Source: an uncultured Actinomycetes bacterium | GTDB taxonomy: Bacteria; Actinomycetota; Thermoleophilia; RBG-16-64-13 | Assembly (NCBI GenBank): GCA_963706025.1 | Contig: CAVPLM010000013.1 | Span: 1-59,087, forward strand | Length of the DNA stretch: 59,087 nt | Reading direction: 5' to 3' | In this document: positions 48,004 through 57,616 of the stretch, piece after piece | How positions within the stretch are numbered: the stretch's first letter is position 1 | Layout of the letters: every line of letters starts with the position of its first letter | Translations under genes and position numbers: made by a program | Notes under the pieces: model-generated | Told to the model about the DNA's origin: nothing | Databases searched by the model: none | What the model saw: only the letters and a program-made list of their open reading frames with translations

Positions 48004-48350
48004 TGGGAACCAGGGGATATCGGTACAAGACATCACACAGCGAGTCCGGTCCGGGCGACGGCGGTAGGACGGGGTCCTGGCGCGTCCAGCGTCCGGTCCT
48101 CAACACCGAGCTCTGCACTCCGGCCCGGCGCAAGGCCGAGGCCTGCTTCATCTGCTGGCTCTACTGCCCCGACTGTGTGATCTCGCGAACCATCCCGCCC
48201 ACTATCGACTACGAGTACTGCAAGGGCTGCGCGATCTGCGCCGAGGAGTGCCCCACCAAGGCCATCACCATGGTGGACGAAGCCGACCGGCCCGCGGACG
48301 ACGAAGAACCGACGGCATGCTCATACGAGGGACCGAGGCCATGCACATAA
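48000..48350 (+). CDS. porD: 2-oxoacid:ferredoxin oxidoreductase delta subunit
   Basis: TGSWR..RP, CWLYCPD, DYEYCKGCAICAEECP. Confidence 0.9.
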   Translation: MMGTRGYRYKTSHSESGPGDGGRTGSWRVQRPVLNTELCTPARRKAEACFICWLYCPDCVISRTIPPTIDYEYCKGCAICAEECPTKAITMVDEADRPADDEEPTACSYEGPRPCT

Positions 48351-49540
48351 TCGAGAACGGCAACGTCGCGGCGGCCCTGGGGGTCAAACTGGCCGGAGCC
48401 CAGGTGATCGCGGCCTATCCCATCACCCCGCAGACCCCCCTCACAGAGAAGCTCTCCGAACTCATCGAGGCCGGCGAGATGCAGGCCCAGTACGTCCCGG
48501 TGGAGAGCGAACACTCGGCCTTGGCGGCCTGCATCGCCGCGAGCTCGACGGGCGCGCGGGCCTTCACGGCCACGAGCGCCAACGGGCTCCTCTACATGCA
48601 CGAGCAGATCCACTGGGCCGCGGGCGCCCGGCTACCCCTCGTCATGTGCGTGGTGAACCGGGCCGTGGGTGCCCCCTGGTGTATCTGGAACGACCACCAG
48701 GATTCCATCTCGCAGCGCGATACAGGCTGGATTCAGATGTATGCCTGCGACCACCAGCAGATCATCGATGGCGTCCTCAAGGCCTTCTCCCTCGCCGAGG
48801 CCACCAGCATCCCGGTCATGGTCTGCTATGACGGCTACCTGCTTTCGCACACCTATATGCCCTTTGTCGTGCCCGAAGAGGAGAAGGTCGCACGCTTCTT
48901 GAAACCGTTCAAACCGGCCTATGCCCTGGACCCGGATAATCCGGCCAACCTCAATACCGTCACCCTGCCCGACATACGCATGGACGTCACGGGCGAGATG
49001 GCCCATGGGTATATGGAGATCCGCTATCTCCTCCAGGAAGATCTGAGAGCCGCCCTGACAATCGCCCAGCAGACCGAGGACGCATTCAAGGAGATCTTCG
49101 GGCGGGGCGGAAACGCCCTCGTGGAACCCTATCGCTGCGACGATGCCGAGTACATCGTGGTCGGCCTGGGTTCGCTGACCTACCAGCTGCGGGATGTCGT
49201 GGAGATCCTGCGGGGCGAAGGGCTCAAGCTGGGCGTGCTCGGAGTCAGGCTCTACCGGCCCTTCCCCGATCAGGCCCTGACCGAGGCCCTGCAGCATGCA
49301 CGGGGGGTGATCGTCATCGAAAAGGCGCTGTCCTACGGCTACGAAGGCGCGCTTTGCTCGGATATCAAGGCGGCCCTATATGAGCATATCCAAGACAGAA
49401 GCCGGGCCCCCTTTGTCAAGGGCATGATCGCCGGCATCGGGGGCCGCGACATCAGGACCCCCGACCTGACCGCCACTCTGCGCGCCGCCATCGCCGGCGC
49501 GCCCGAAGAAGGTCCCGACTGGATCGGGATCAAGCTCTAG
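48341..49540 (+). CDS. porA: 2-oxoacid:ferredoxin oxidoreductase alpha subunit
   Basis: AYPITPQT, ESEHSA, RLYRPFP. Confidence 0.92.
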   Translation: MHIIENGNVAAALGVKLAGAQVIAAYPITPQTPLTEKLSELIEAGEMQAQYVPVESEHSALAACIAASSTGARAFTATSANGLLYMHEQIHWAAGARLPLVMCVVNRAVGAPWCIWNDHQDSISQRDTGWIQMYACDHQQIIDGVLKAFSLAEATSIPVMVCYDGYLLSHTYMPFVVPEEEKVARFLKPFKPAYALDPDNPANLNTVTLPDIRMDVTGEMAHGYMEIRYLLQEDLRAALTIAQQTEDAFKEIFGRGGNALVEPYRCDDAEYIVVGLGSLTYQLRDVVEILRGEGLKLGVLGVRLYRPFPDQALTEALQHARGVIVIEKALSYGYEGALCSDIKAALYEHIQDRSRAPFVKGMIAGIGGRDIRTPDLTATLRAAIAGAPEEGPDWIGIKL

Positions 49541-49561
49541 AAGGCTGTAGGAGCGCCTGCT

Positions 49562-50461
49562 ATGCCCACCAAGACCACGATACTCACGCTGCCCAAAGAA
49601 GAATTCGTCCACCCGGGTAATCGGGCCTGCACAGGCTGCGGTCTGAGCATCGCCTACCGGATCGGGCTCAAGGCCCTGGGGCCGGATACCATCCTCGTCG
49701 TGCCGCCCAGTTGCCTGACCGTACTGCAGGGACTCTTCCCCGTCGCCTCCACCAAGCTACCCTGTCTGAACGTGACCTTCGCGTCCACCGCAGCGGCGGC
49801 CACCGGTGTGCTGGAGGCGCTCAAGGCCCAGAACAAGGAACACATCAAGGTCGTCGGCTGGGCCGGCGACGGAGGTACGAGCGACATCGGCATCCAAGCT
49901 CTGTCCGGGGCGGCCGAGCGCGGGGATGACTTCATCTTCCTGTGCTACGACAACGAGGGTTACATGAACACCGGGGTGCAGCGTTCGGGCACCACGCCGC
50001 AGTGGGCCTTGACCGCCAATACGCCCATCAAGGGAAAGCGGCAGCAGAAGAAGGACGTTCCCGCCATCATGGCCGCGCACGGCATCGACTACGTGGCCAC
50101 GGCCTCGGCCGCCTACCCGTTAGACCTCTACGACAAGATCGGGAAGGCTATCTCCATCCAGGGCACCAAGTACATCCATATCCACACACCCTGTCCGCCG
50201 GGGTGGGGTTTCGAACCGCGCTATTCCATCAAAGTCGGCCGGCTTGCTGTGGAAACCGGATATTTCGATCTCTATGAGGTCGATCACGGCGCGTTCAGAC
50301 TGACCGGCGCTTCAGAGAAGCTCCTGGAAAAACGACAGCTTGTCCCGGTGCGGGACTATCTGAAGACCCAGTCGCGCTTCAAGATCCTCACGGAGGAGCA
50401 GATCGCCGAGATCCAGGCGCGGGTGGACGCCAAATGGAGCACGTACTACCAGGGGGCGTAG
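49562..50461 (+). CDS. porB: 2-oxoacid:ferredoxin oxidoreductase beta subunit
   Basis: ACTGCG, GDGG TPP motif, DNEGYMNTG, PCP.GW. Confidence 0.92.
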   Translation: MPTKTTILTLPKEEFVHPGNRACTGCGLSIAYRIGLKALGPDTILVVPPSCLTVLQGLFPVASTKLPCLNVTFASTAAAATGVLEALKAQNKEHIKVVGWAGDGGTSDIGIQALSGAAERGDDFIFLCYDNEGYMNTGVQRSGTTPQWALTANTPIKGKRQQKKDVPAIMAAHGIDYVATASAAYPLDLYDKIGKAISIQGTKYIHIHTPCPPGWGFEPRYSIKVGRLAVETGYFDLYEVDHGAFRLTGASEKLLEKRQLVPVRDYLKTQSRFKILTEEQIAEIQARVDAKWSTYYQGA

Positions 50462-50462
50462 G

Positions 50463-50657
50463 CGTCCGCCGCGAGCACTGCAGAGTACTGCAAAGCTCGC
50501 GCCAAACCCCTACGCCCCCTTGGTCACGAGGTGTGAGTCGCGGCAGCCCCGCCGTTGCCGGCGACTAGACGTCCGCCGCGAGCACTGCAGAGTACTGCAA
50601 AGCTCGCGGCGAACCCCTACGCCCCCTTGGTCACAAGGTGTGAGTCGCGGCAGCCCC
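50463..50657. repeat. Two 88-bp direct repeats (period 107) each with a hairpin, REP-like
   Basis: 50463..50550 vs 50570..50657, 3 mismatches; CGCGAGC-AC-TGCAG-AGTA-CTGCA-AA-GCTCGCG stem. Confidence 0.85.
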
Positions 50658-50738
50658 TAGCCGAAGTGCCGCCGAGGGGGAGAGCGAAGCTTTGCGTACC
50701 CGCAGTGCTTCGCGGAGACCCCTATGCCTCCTCGGCCA

Positions 50739-51719
50739 CTAAGCGAGTGCCTGCAGCAGGTGCTCGTGATCCAGGTTTCCTCCGGACATGACGAGGGCCA
50801 CGTTCTTGCCGGCCAGCCGGTCTTTGATCTGGAGTGCAGCCGCGATGGATGCGGCCCCAGCCCCTTCAGCCAGGTTGTGTGTGACCTGTAGGGCCAGCCG
50901 GATACCCCCCAGTATCTCCTCTTCGCTCAGCAGCACCACGTCCGTGATGTGGTCCTTCATGATCGCGTAGGGGAGCTGGAAGACGCTCCGTGCCGCCAGA
51001 CCGTCGGCCACGGTATCGGCCCCCTCGATGGTGACCCGCTCGCCCTTCTTCCAGGAGTCATGGAAGGCTGCCGCCCGTTCGGCCTGCACCCCGATGATCT
51101 CCACTTTCGGGTTGATGGCCCGGGCCACCTTGATGAGCGAGGCGCAACCCGAACCGCCGCCGATAGGACAGATGATGATGTCCACCTCAGGGAGGTCCTC
51201 GAAGATCTCGAGCCCCATCGTGCCAAGACCGTTGAGGATCTCGGGTTCGTCGCCCTGTTCGACGTAGTAGTACCCGGCGCTGTCGACCAGTTCGTCGCAG
51301 TAGGATTGGGCATCGTAGAAGTCATGCCCATGCACGATGAGATCGGCCCCAAAACTCTCGACGATGCGGTTGATCTCGGGATTGTTGTGCTCCGGCACGA
51401 CCACGGTGCAGGGCACATGGAACCACCGGCCGGCCCAGGCCATGGCGAGGCCGTGGTTGCCGCGCGTGGCGACCAGCACGCCGGTCTCCAGTTCCTCTGT
51501 GGACATGTGGTGGAAGAAATTGAGAGCGCCGCGGATCTTGAACGAACCGGTGGGGTTGTGGTTCTCATGTTTGATGAAGACCTCGCAGCCGGCCAGGCGG
51601 GAGAGCTCCGAATAGTAAGTCAGATTCGTCCGGTTCAGGTAGCGGCTGATGACCGCCCTGGCCTTGATGACACCTATCAGATTGACCTCAGCGCTGAGCG
51701 CTTCGTAATTCCTCAACAC
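50739..51719 (-). CDS. PLP-dependent threonine/serine dehydratase family
   Basis: KHEN..PTGSFKIRG, TRGNHG, PIGGGSG, SGGN. Confidence 0.9.
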   Translation of the reverse strand: MLRNYEALSAEVNLIGVIKARAVISRYLNRTNLTYYSELSRLAGCEVFIKHENHNPTGSFKIRGALNFFHHMSTEELETGVLVATRGNHGLAMAWAGRWFHVPCTVVVPEHNNPEINRIVESFGADLIVHGHDFYDAQSYCDELVDSAGYYYVEQGDEPEILNGLGTMGLEIFEDLPEVDIIICPIGGGSGCASLIKVARAINPKVEIIGVQAERAAAFHDSWKKGERVTIEGADTVADGLAARSVFQLPYAIMKDHITDVVLLSEEEILGGIRLALQVTHNLAEGAGAASIAAALQIKDRLAGKNVALVMSGGNLDHEHLLQALA

Positions 51720-51778
51720 CCACCTCCTCCACCGTATCGTGGGCTTCCTCCTGCCAAGCGAAGCGTCATCTCCACCGT

Positions 51779-52369
51779 CTAGAACGAGAAGCCTTCGGGT
51801 AGCGAACCGACTTTCGTGCCCGCGGGAACCCAGGAGAGATCCAGGATCGTATAGGTCGGATTGAATATCTTGAAAACCGGCAGCACCCGCATCCCGATCT
51901 GGGGCTCGCCTAATAGAAGATAGCTGAACAGAATGGTAGGCACGTTCTCGAACTCGACATTGATGAACTTGATCGGCTTGTCGAGCACGCTGAACGCACC
52001 CGATCTCTCGCAGACCATGAATGTGTGAATGGTGGCCGTTTCCTTGGCAAGGTCGGTCATGTCGATGACCGTGCACTTCGAGAGACAATCCGGGCAATAG
52101 ATCCTGAACGGCTGGAACACCGAACCGTTGGCTTCGCAGGCCGGGTTCTCGCACTTAGTAGCCATCAGCTTACCTTGTGAGAGCGATTCAAAGAATATCG
52201 CCTCGCCCCCATAGGAATGGACATAGGTCATATCCCTGGGCTTCGTGACGCCCATAAGCTTCCAGCCATGATCAGCATCCCTGATGGGCATATTCTGCTC
52301 GAGGCGATGGAAGTCACCCCTGAACCTGTACTTGTTGTCTTTTACCTGGACCCGTCCGTATGAACTCAT
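51779..52369 (-). CDS. DUF35-type Zn-ribbon/OB-fold protein
   Basis: ATKC..PAC, IYCPDC, IGMRV; directly downstream of a thiolase gene. Confidence 0.8.
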   Translation of the reverse strand: MSSYGRVQVKDNKYRFRGDFHRLEQNMPIRDADHGWKLMGVTKPRDMTYVHSYGGEAIFFESLSQGKLMATKCENPACEANGSVFQPFRIYCPDCLSKCTVIDMTDLAKETATIHTFMVCERSGAFSVLDKPIKFINVEFENVPTILFSYLLLGEPQIGMRVLPVFKIFNPTYTILDLSWVPAGTKVGSLPEGFSF

Positions 52370-52381
52370 TGTCAGCCTCTC

Positions 52382-53818
52382 TCACGCGTCTTTCTTCAAC
52401 AGATGATCGGGGTCCATGAGGATGGTCGCCGTCACGTGCGACCCCACGCCGGCGTGGCTCACGGAAAGGGCCCTCTTGGCATCCTTCACCTGCAGGTCGG
52501 TCCAGTCCGCGGGCTTCACCCTGCCGAATTCCTTCCACCGGTTCGCGTCGCCATGTATCTCGGCCCACCGGCCCCAAAGATGCGTCGCTATCTCAAAGAC
52601 CTGCATGATGCCACTGGCGCCGACCGCATGCATGCAGCCCAGCAACCCGCCGGAGAGGTTTGACGGGAGCTTGCCCGGCTTTCCTGTGTGAGGGTTGACG
52701 TGATAGCAGTCGCCGGACTCGACATAGTCACGTCCGTGGCCATATGGTCTGATGCCGACGTCCTCGTACGTCTGCACGTCGCTGATCGTGAAAGCGTCAT
52801 GCAGTTCGATGACGTCAAAATCCTCCGTGGGATCGACAACGCCTGTCATATGGTAGGCATAGTAGGCCGCCATCCTTGCAGCGAGAAAACCGGTAAAACC
52901 CGGATAGCGCTCGCCCCCGGGGAATTCCTTGCCCAAGTTCTTGTACTGATCGGCCGTTTCATTGGGAAGCAAGGGTATGGCCATATCGCGTCTGTCCGCG
53001 GGGCGCAGGGTATGCGAACCGGCGGTCACCCAGATCCTGAGCGGCTTGTGCTTGCTGTCCTTGGTCAACTCCACCGCCGTGTCCTCGTCGCAGAGGATCG
53101 CGCATGCGGCCCCCGTGCTCATCAGGCACGCATCCAGAGCCCGCAGTGGGTCGGCGATCACGGGCGACATCAGAACGTCGTCGACGGTGATCTTCATGCC
53201 GCTCTGCGCGAACGGGTTGAACCGGGCGTAGCCGTGGTGTTTCACGGAGATCTCGGCGAGAGTGCGCCGGAACGAAGCCTCGGCCTTGCCGAACACCTGC
53301 CAGTATTTCTGGGCCATGACCGCGTAGTAGCCCGTGTATATGTGGCCCAGGGGAGACTCCCAGTCCCTGTCGGCCGCGCACGAGATCAGGAAGTTGCCCT
53401 CGTCGGTGGGGACTTCATCCATCCGTTCCCACCCCATGGCGAGAACGCAGTCCGAATACCCGGATGCCACCGCCTTCGCGGCTTCCCAGAGGGTCGAGCC
53501 GCCCGTTGCCCCGCCGGACTTTATTCCGATGTTGCCCAGAGGATCCAACCCAAGCCGGTCGTGGATCACCGCCTCACCAAGAAGCTGATCCCCGAAGTGG
53601 TCTGCAAAATGCCCGTAGTAGCAGGAATGTATGTATTGCTTGAGTTCTGCCGGAGTAAGGTCGAGCAACTCCGCCGCCATAGTCAGGGCGTCGACGCACA
53701 ATTCTTCGGTTCTCTTGTCTGGAATCGCCCTGTCGTACTTTGACTGACCGGCAGTCACCAGATACACCGGCCGCAGAAACTTGGGCGCTTTGAGTTGTTG
53801 CTGGCTGAACTTGATCAT
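52382..53818 (-). CDS. SCP2-type thiolase-family protein lacking the N-terminal catalytic Cys
   Basis: ELHDAF, NLSGGL..HAVGASG; GGATGG at the usual xCASG position. Confidence 0.85.
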   Translation of the reverse strand: MIKFSQQQLKAPKFLRPVYLVTAGQSKYDRAIPDKRTEELCVDALTMAAELLDLTPAELKQYIHSCYYGHFADHFGDQLLGEAVIHDRLGLDPLGNIGIKSGGATGGSTLWEAAKAVASGYSDCVLAMGWERMDEVPTDEGNFLISCAADRDWESPLGHIYTGYYAVMAQKYWQVFGKAEASFRRTLAEISVKHHGYARFNPFAQSGMKITVDDVLMSPVIADPLRALDACLMSTGAACAILCDEDTAVELTKDSKHKPLRIWVTAGSHTLRPADRRDMAIPLLPNETADQYKNLGKEFPGGERYPGFTGFLAARMAAYYAYHMTGVVDPTEDFDVIELHDAFTISDVQTYEDVGIRPYGHGRDYVESGDCYHVNPHTGKPGKLPSNLSGGLLGCMHAVGASGIMQVFEIATHLWGRWAEIHGDANRWKEFGRVKPADWTDLQVKDAKRALSVSHAGVGSHVTATILMDPDHLLKKDA

Positions 53819-54026
53819 CTGTCCCCTCTTGTGCCGGATAGTACGTGCACGAGCTGAACCCATCCCTAGGTCAGTGTCCTATGATAGTGCGAGAGCCGAC
53901 CCTTGTGTTAAGGCGGAGGTTGCACCTCCGCCACAAGAAGTCCAGGTGAGCTACAACTCGTTTCAAAATGAAGCCGCGGCCGCCTAGTGCGCCCTGGACG
54001 GCGGAGCTTCATTCTGAAACGAGTTC

Positions 54027-54909
54027 TTAGGCCCGCGCCCCGCCTACCGACTCCACCATAGCCTTGATATGGGCGGGCGAAGTCCCGCAGCAGCCGCCGA
54101 CCAGCCGGGCTCCTGCCCGCACACACTCCTCAACACCGGCCGCAAAACGAGCAGGCGGCATGTCAAACACAAGGCGCTTCTCGACCAGTCTGCCCTTGCC
54201 CGCATTGGGCTGGGCAAGAATGGGCAGCGACGTCGCTTCTCGCATCAGCGAGACGACCTCGGCCAGTTCGAGCGGATCCAGACTCCCGCAGTTCGCCCCG
54301 ACCGCACACGCTCCCGCTTCGGCCAGTGTCTGCGCACAGTCACGAGCGGTGTTCCCCATGACGGTACGTCCCCCATTGCCGGCGGTGTTGAAGGCGATCG
54401 AAGCGATGATGGGAAGATCGCTCGCCTCTTTCGCGGCGCGTAGTGCGCACAAAGCTTCCCGAAGATCGAACATAGTCTCGATGATGAACCCGTCCACCCC
54501 GCCTTCCGCCAGAATGGCTGCCTGCTCCCTGAACGCGGCGTACGCGTCATCCTCATCGAGTTGTCCATATGGCTTCAGCATCTTCCCGGTGGAGCTCATA
54601 TCGCCAAGCACGTATTGGCCGTCACGAGCGGCTTCTTTGGCCAGCCTGACTCCGGCCAGATTCACCTCGCGTACATCCAGCCCCACCTTGTGAGACTCGA
54701 TATTGACGCGATTCATGGTCAGGGTGTTTGTGATCAGCAGGTCGACTCCGCAGTCGGCGTATCGCTGATGAACGGCCAGCACTGCGTCTGGGTGGGTGAC
54801 ATTGCTCTGGCCGCCCATCTCCAGACAGGCTTCTCCCGAGTTGAGTCCCCATCGCCCCGTCAAGGAAGATGGCCCTTCTCTCGCTCGCAATAAGATCCGA
54901 CACGCTCAT
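54027..54909 (-). CDS. Homocysteine S-methyltransferase domain (stand-alone MetH N-terminal part), frameshift near 5' end
   Basis: FLDGAMGTQL, IET, GANC, PNAG, GGCCGT. Confidence 0.88.
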
Positions 54910-55159
54910 TCAGGCTCTTTTCATCGTCGCGTCACTGCCCGATCGAGTACGTACGACCGGGATTCGGGAGCGAGCATTTCGAGGCCGAAGCGGTCGATCA
55001 ACTCGGTGTGCCCATTATAGATCCTTCAACGCTTCGGCTCGCCATGAGCATCGGCACCACCTCTTCGAGTTCTTCAGATACTCTCTCCTTGGTCGACCGG
55101 CCCCTGGCGGCCAGGTTCACGGTAGAGTAGAGGAATCGAGTTGTGAGAGGAGGAGCAGC

Positions 55160-56128
55160 ATGCAGGCCATCAGAGTGCACCGGTATGGCGGGCCGGAGGT
55201 CCTGGTCCTCGATACCCTCCCGACGCCGGAGCCCGGCCCGGGGGAGGCCCTCGTCCGGGTCTCGGCGGTGGGCGTCAACTTCATCGAGATCTACCACCGA
55301 ACCGGGCACTACGCCCTTCCACTTCCCATAGCCATGGGGGGAGAGGGGGCGGGAGTCGTCGAGCGACTGGGACCAAGTGATTCGCCCGTGGCCGTCGGCG
55401 ACCGTGTCGCCTGGGTGGGTGGCCAAGGAGCCTATGCCAGCGAGGCGATCGTCCCTGCCGACCGGCTCGTCCCCTTACCCCCGGGTGTCGACGAACGTCT
55501 GGCCGCGGCCGTGATTCTGCAGGGCCTCACCGCCCACTACCTCACCCGCTCCTCGTACGAGCTCAAGCCGGGAGACACCTGCCTCGTGCACGCCGCCGCC
55601 GGTGGAGTGGGGCAGTTGCTCTGCCAGATGGCGAAACTCGCCGGGGCCCGGGTCATCGGGACGGTCTCCACGGAAGAAAAGGCTTCCATCGCCAAGGCCG
55701 CGGGGGCCGACGAGACGATCAACTACGAAGAAGAGGACTTCGTCCAGCGGGTAAGGACGCTCACCGGAGGGGTGGGCGTCCAGGTAGTGTACGACGGAGT
55801 GGGCCAGAAGACGTTCAGCCAGGGGCTCGATTGCCTCGTGCCCCGGGGATACATGGTCCTTTTCGGCGGCGCGAGTGGACCGGTCGCGCCCTTCGATCCC
55901 CTCATCTTGTTCCACAAAGGCAGCCTCTATCTGCAAAGACCGACTCTCTGGGACTTCATCCGGACCCGAGACGAACTCATGGCGCGGGCGACGGAGATGT
56001 TCGGCTGGATCGAATCCGGCAAGCTGAAGGTGACAGTGGCGGCAACCTTCTCCTTGTCCGAGGCACCCGAGGCACACCGGCTGCTGGCCTCCCGCAAGAC
56101 TGCCGGCAAGATCCTGCTCATCCCCTGA
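55160..56128 (+). CDS. qor: NADPH:quinone oxidoreductase (zeta-crystallin/MDR family)
   Basis: GVNFI, LQGLTAHYL, HAAAGGVG, VYDGVG, GKILL. Confidence 0.9.
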   Translation: MQAIRVHRYGGPEVLVLDTLPTPEPGPGEALVRVSAVGVNFIEIYHRTGHYALPLPIAMGGEGAGVVERLGPSDSPVAVGDRVAWVGGQGAYASEAIVPADRLVPLPPGVDERLAAAVILQGLTAHYLTRSSYELKPGDTCLVHAAAGGVGQLLCQMAKLAGARVIGTVSTEEKASIAKAAGADETINYEEEDFVQRVRTLTGGVGVQVVYDGVGQKTFSQGLDCLVPRGYMVLFGGASGPVAPFDPLILFHKGSLYLQRPTLWDFIRTRDELMARATEMFGWIESGKLKVTVAATFSLSEAPEAHRLLASRKTAGKILLIP

Positions 56129-56155
56129 TTCCTGGTTCCGGCGAGGAAGGGCGCA

Positions 56156-57616
56156 ATGATGGAAGAGGAGTTAGCTGAGGCAGCCTGCAACCTCGGGTGG
56201 GACGACCTGCCCCGGGAGGTGCGCGCCTCCATTCGCGATCTGTTCGTGGATTGGCTCGGATCGGCCTTCGCGGGAACGCGCTCCGACCCGGTGCAGGCCC
56301 TCTTGGCCGCCGGACATGATCTGGCTGTGCAGTCGGCCGCCCCATCGGGGAACGGAGCTACTGTGCTGCCTACGCTGGCTACTGCCAACCCGCTTTGGGC
56401 GGCGCTGGTCAACGGAGCATCGAGCCACGTTGTCGAGATGGACGACCTGCATAACACCTCGATATATCATCCAGGCACCTGTGTCTTCCCTGCCGCGCTG
56501 GCGGTAGCCGAAGCGAACGGCCGTTGCGGCAGCGACTTTCTTCTCGCAGCCCTTGTGGGCTACGAGGTCTCTCTAAGGATCGGTGAGGCTCTGGGGCGCG
56601 AGCACTATGTGTTCTTCCACACGACTGGAACGGTGGGTACGTTTGGTGCGGCCCTGGCTGCGGCCAAGCTCCTGAGGCTACCCAAGGCTCAGACTCTATG
56701 GGCTATGGGCAACGCCGGCTCCCAGGCGGCGGGGCTTTGGGAGTTCCTCGCGGATGGTGCGATGACGAAGCAACTCCACCCGGGCAAGGCGGCGCTCAAC
56801 GGTGTCCTTGCCGCCTACGCCGCCCGTCGTGGCTTCTCCGGACCTGCACACATCATCTCCGGCAAGCGAGGCATGCTGCGGGCTATGATGGCGGCGGGTG
56901 CACTGGAGATGGGGACTTTCGATCCGGAAGATTCGGGGGCCGAGAACCGTTTGGAGGCTGCGCTTCTGGAAGGGGTCGAAAAGGGGGAGGGATCAGAGGC
57001 GGTCTTCACCCGATTCAAGTCCCCAGAGGTCTCTCTGAAGTACCATGCCTCCTGCCGGCACACGCATCCCGCGGTCGACGCGCTCCTCGAGGTGATGGCG
57101 AAAAGCAGGATCCCTGTGGAAGAGATCTCTCTGATCCGTGCGCATGTCTACACTGTCGCCTATGATCGACTCAAGGATACCGAGGTGTCGAGCCCGTGGT
57201 CGGCAAAATTCAGCTTTCCTTACTGTCTGGCTCGGGCGGCACAGCTCGGCAGTCTGGGAATTGGGGCGTTCACTCCAGAGTCGCTGGAGGATCCCGCACT
57301 GGCCGGCCTCATGGGCATAGTTGACGTGCAGGTCGACCCCGAGCTTGACAGGCTCTATCCCGGGCGCTGGAGCTCCTGGGTCGAGGTCGAGACCCAGGAC
57401 GGCGTGGTGCATACGGGACGTGTTGAAATCCCCAAGGGAGATCCTGATAACCCTCTCACGGCACGCGAATTGAGAGAGAAGTTCCTCGAACTCACCCGAT
57501 CCGCCGAAACGCTCACGGAGCAGGGCGCCCGGGAGCTACTGACCAGGTGCTATGAGGTCGAATCGCTGAGCGACATGAGTCTGCTGTTCACCGGCCTTGA
57601 ACGCGGCAGCAAATGA
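56156..57616 (+). CDS. MmgE/PrpD-family protein
   Basis: SHVVEMDDLH, HPG, HTTGT, KQLH, KYHASCRHTH, GDP.NPL. Confidence 0.9.
   Translation: MMEEELAEAACNLGWDDLPREVRASIRDLFVDWLGSAFAGTRSDPVQALLAAGHDLAVQSAAPSGNGATVLPTLATANPLWAALVNGASSHVVEMDDLHNTSIYHPGTCVFPAALAVAEANGRCGSDFLLAALVGYEVSLRIGEALGREHYVFFHTTGTVGTFGAALAAAKLLRLPKAQTLWAMGNAGSQAAGLWEFLADGAMTKQLHPGKAALNGVLAAYAARRGFSGPAHIISGKRGMLRAMMAAGALEMGTFDPEDSGAENRLEAALLEGVEKGEGSEAVFTRFKSPEVSLKYHASCRHTHPAVDALLEVMAKSRIPVEEISLIRAHVYTVAYDRLKDTEVSSPWSAKFSFPYCLARAAQLGSLGIGAFTPESLEDPALAGLMGIVDVQVDPELDRLYPGRWSSWVEVETQDGVVHTGRVEIPKGDPDNPLTARELREKFLELTRSAETLTEQGARELLTRCYEVESLSDMSLLFTGLERGSK

Noticed and set aside
50463-50657. Possible CRISPR array
   Set aside because: Only two units, 88 bp long, and no cas genes; no CRISPR array seen anywhere in the window
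54910-55159. SAM or cobalamin riboswitch upstream of the homocysteine methyltransferase gene
   Set aside because: No recognisable conserved core motifs
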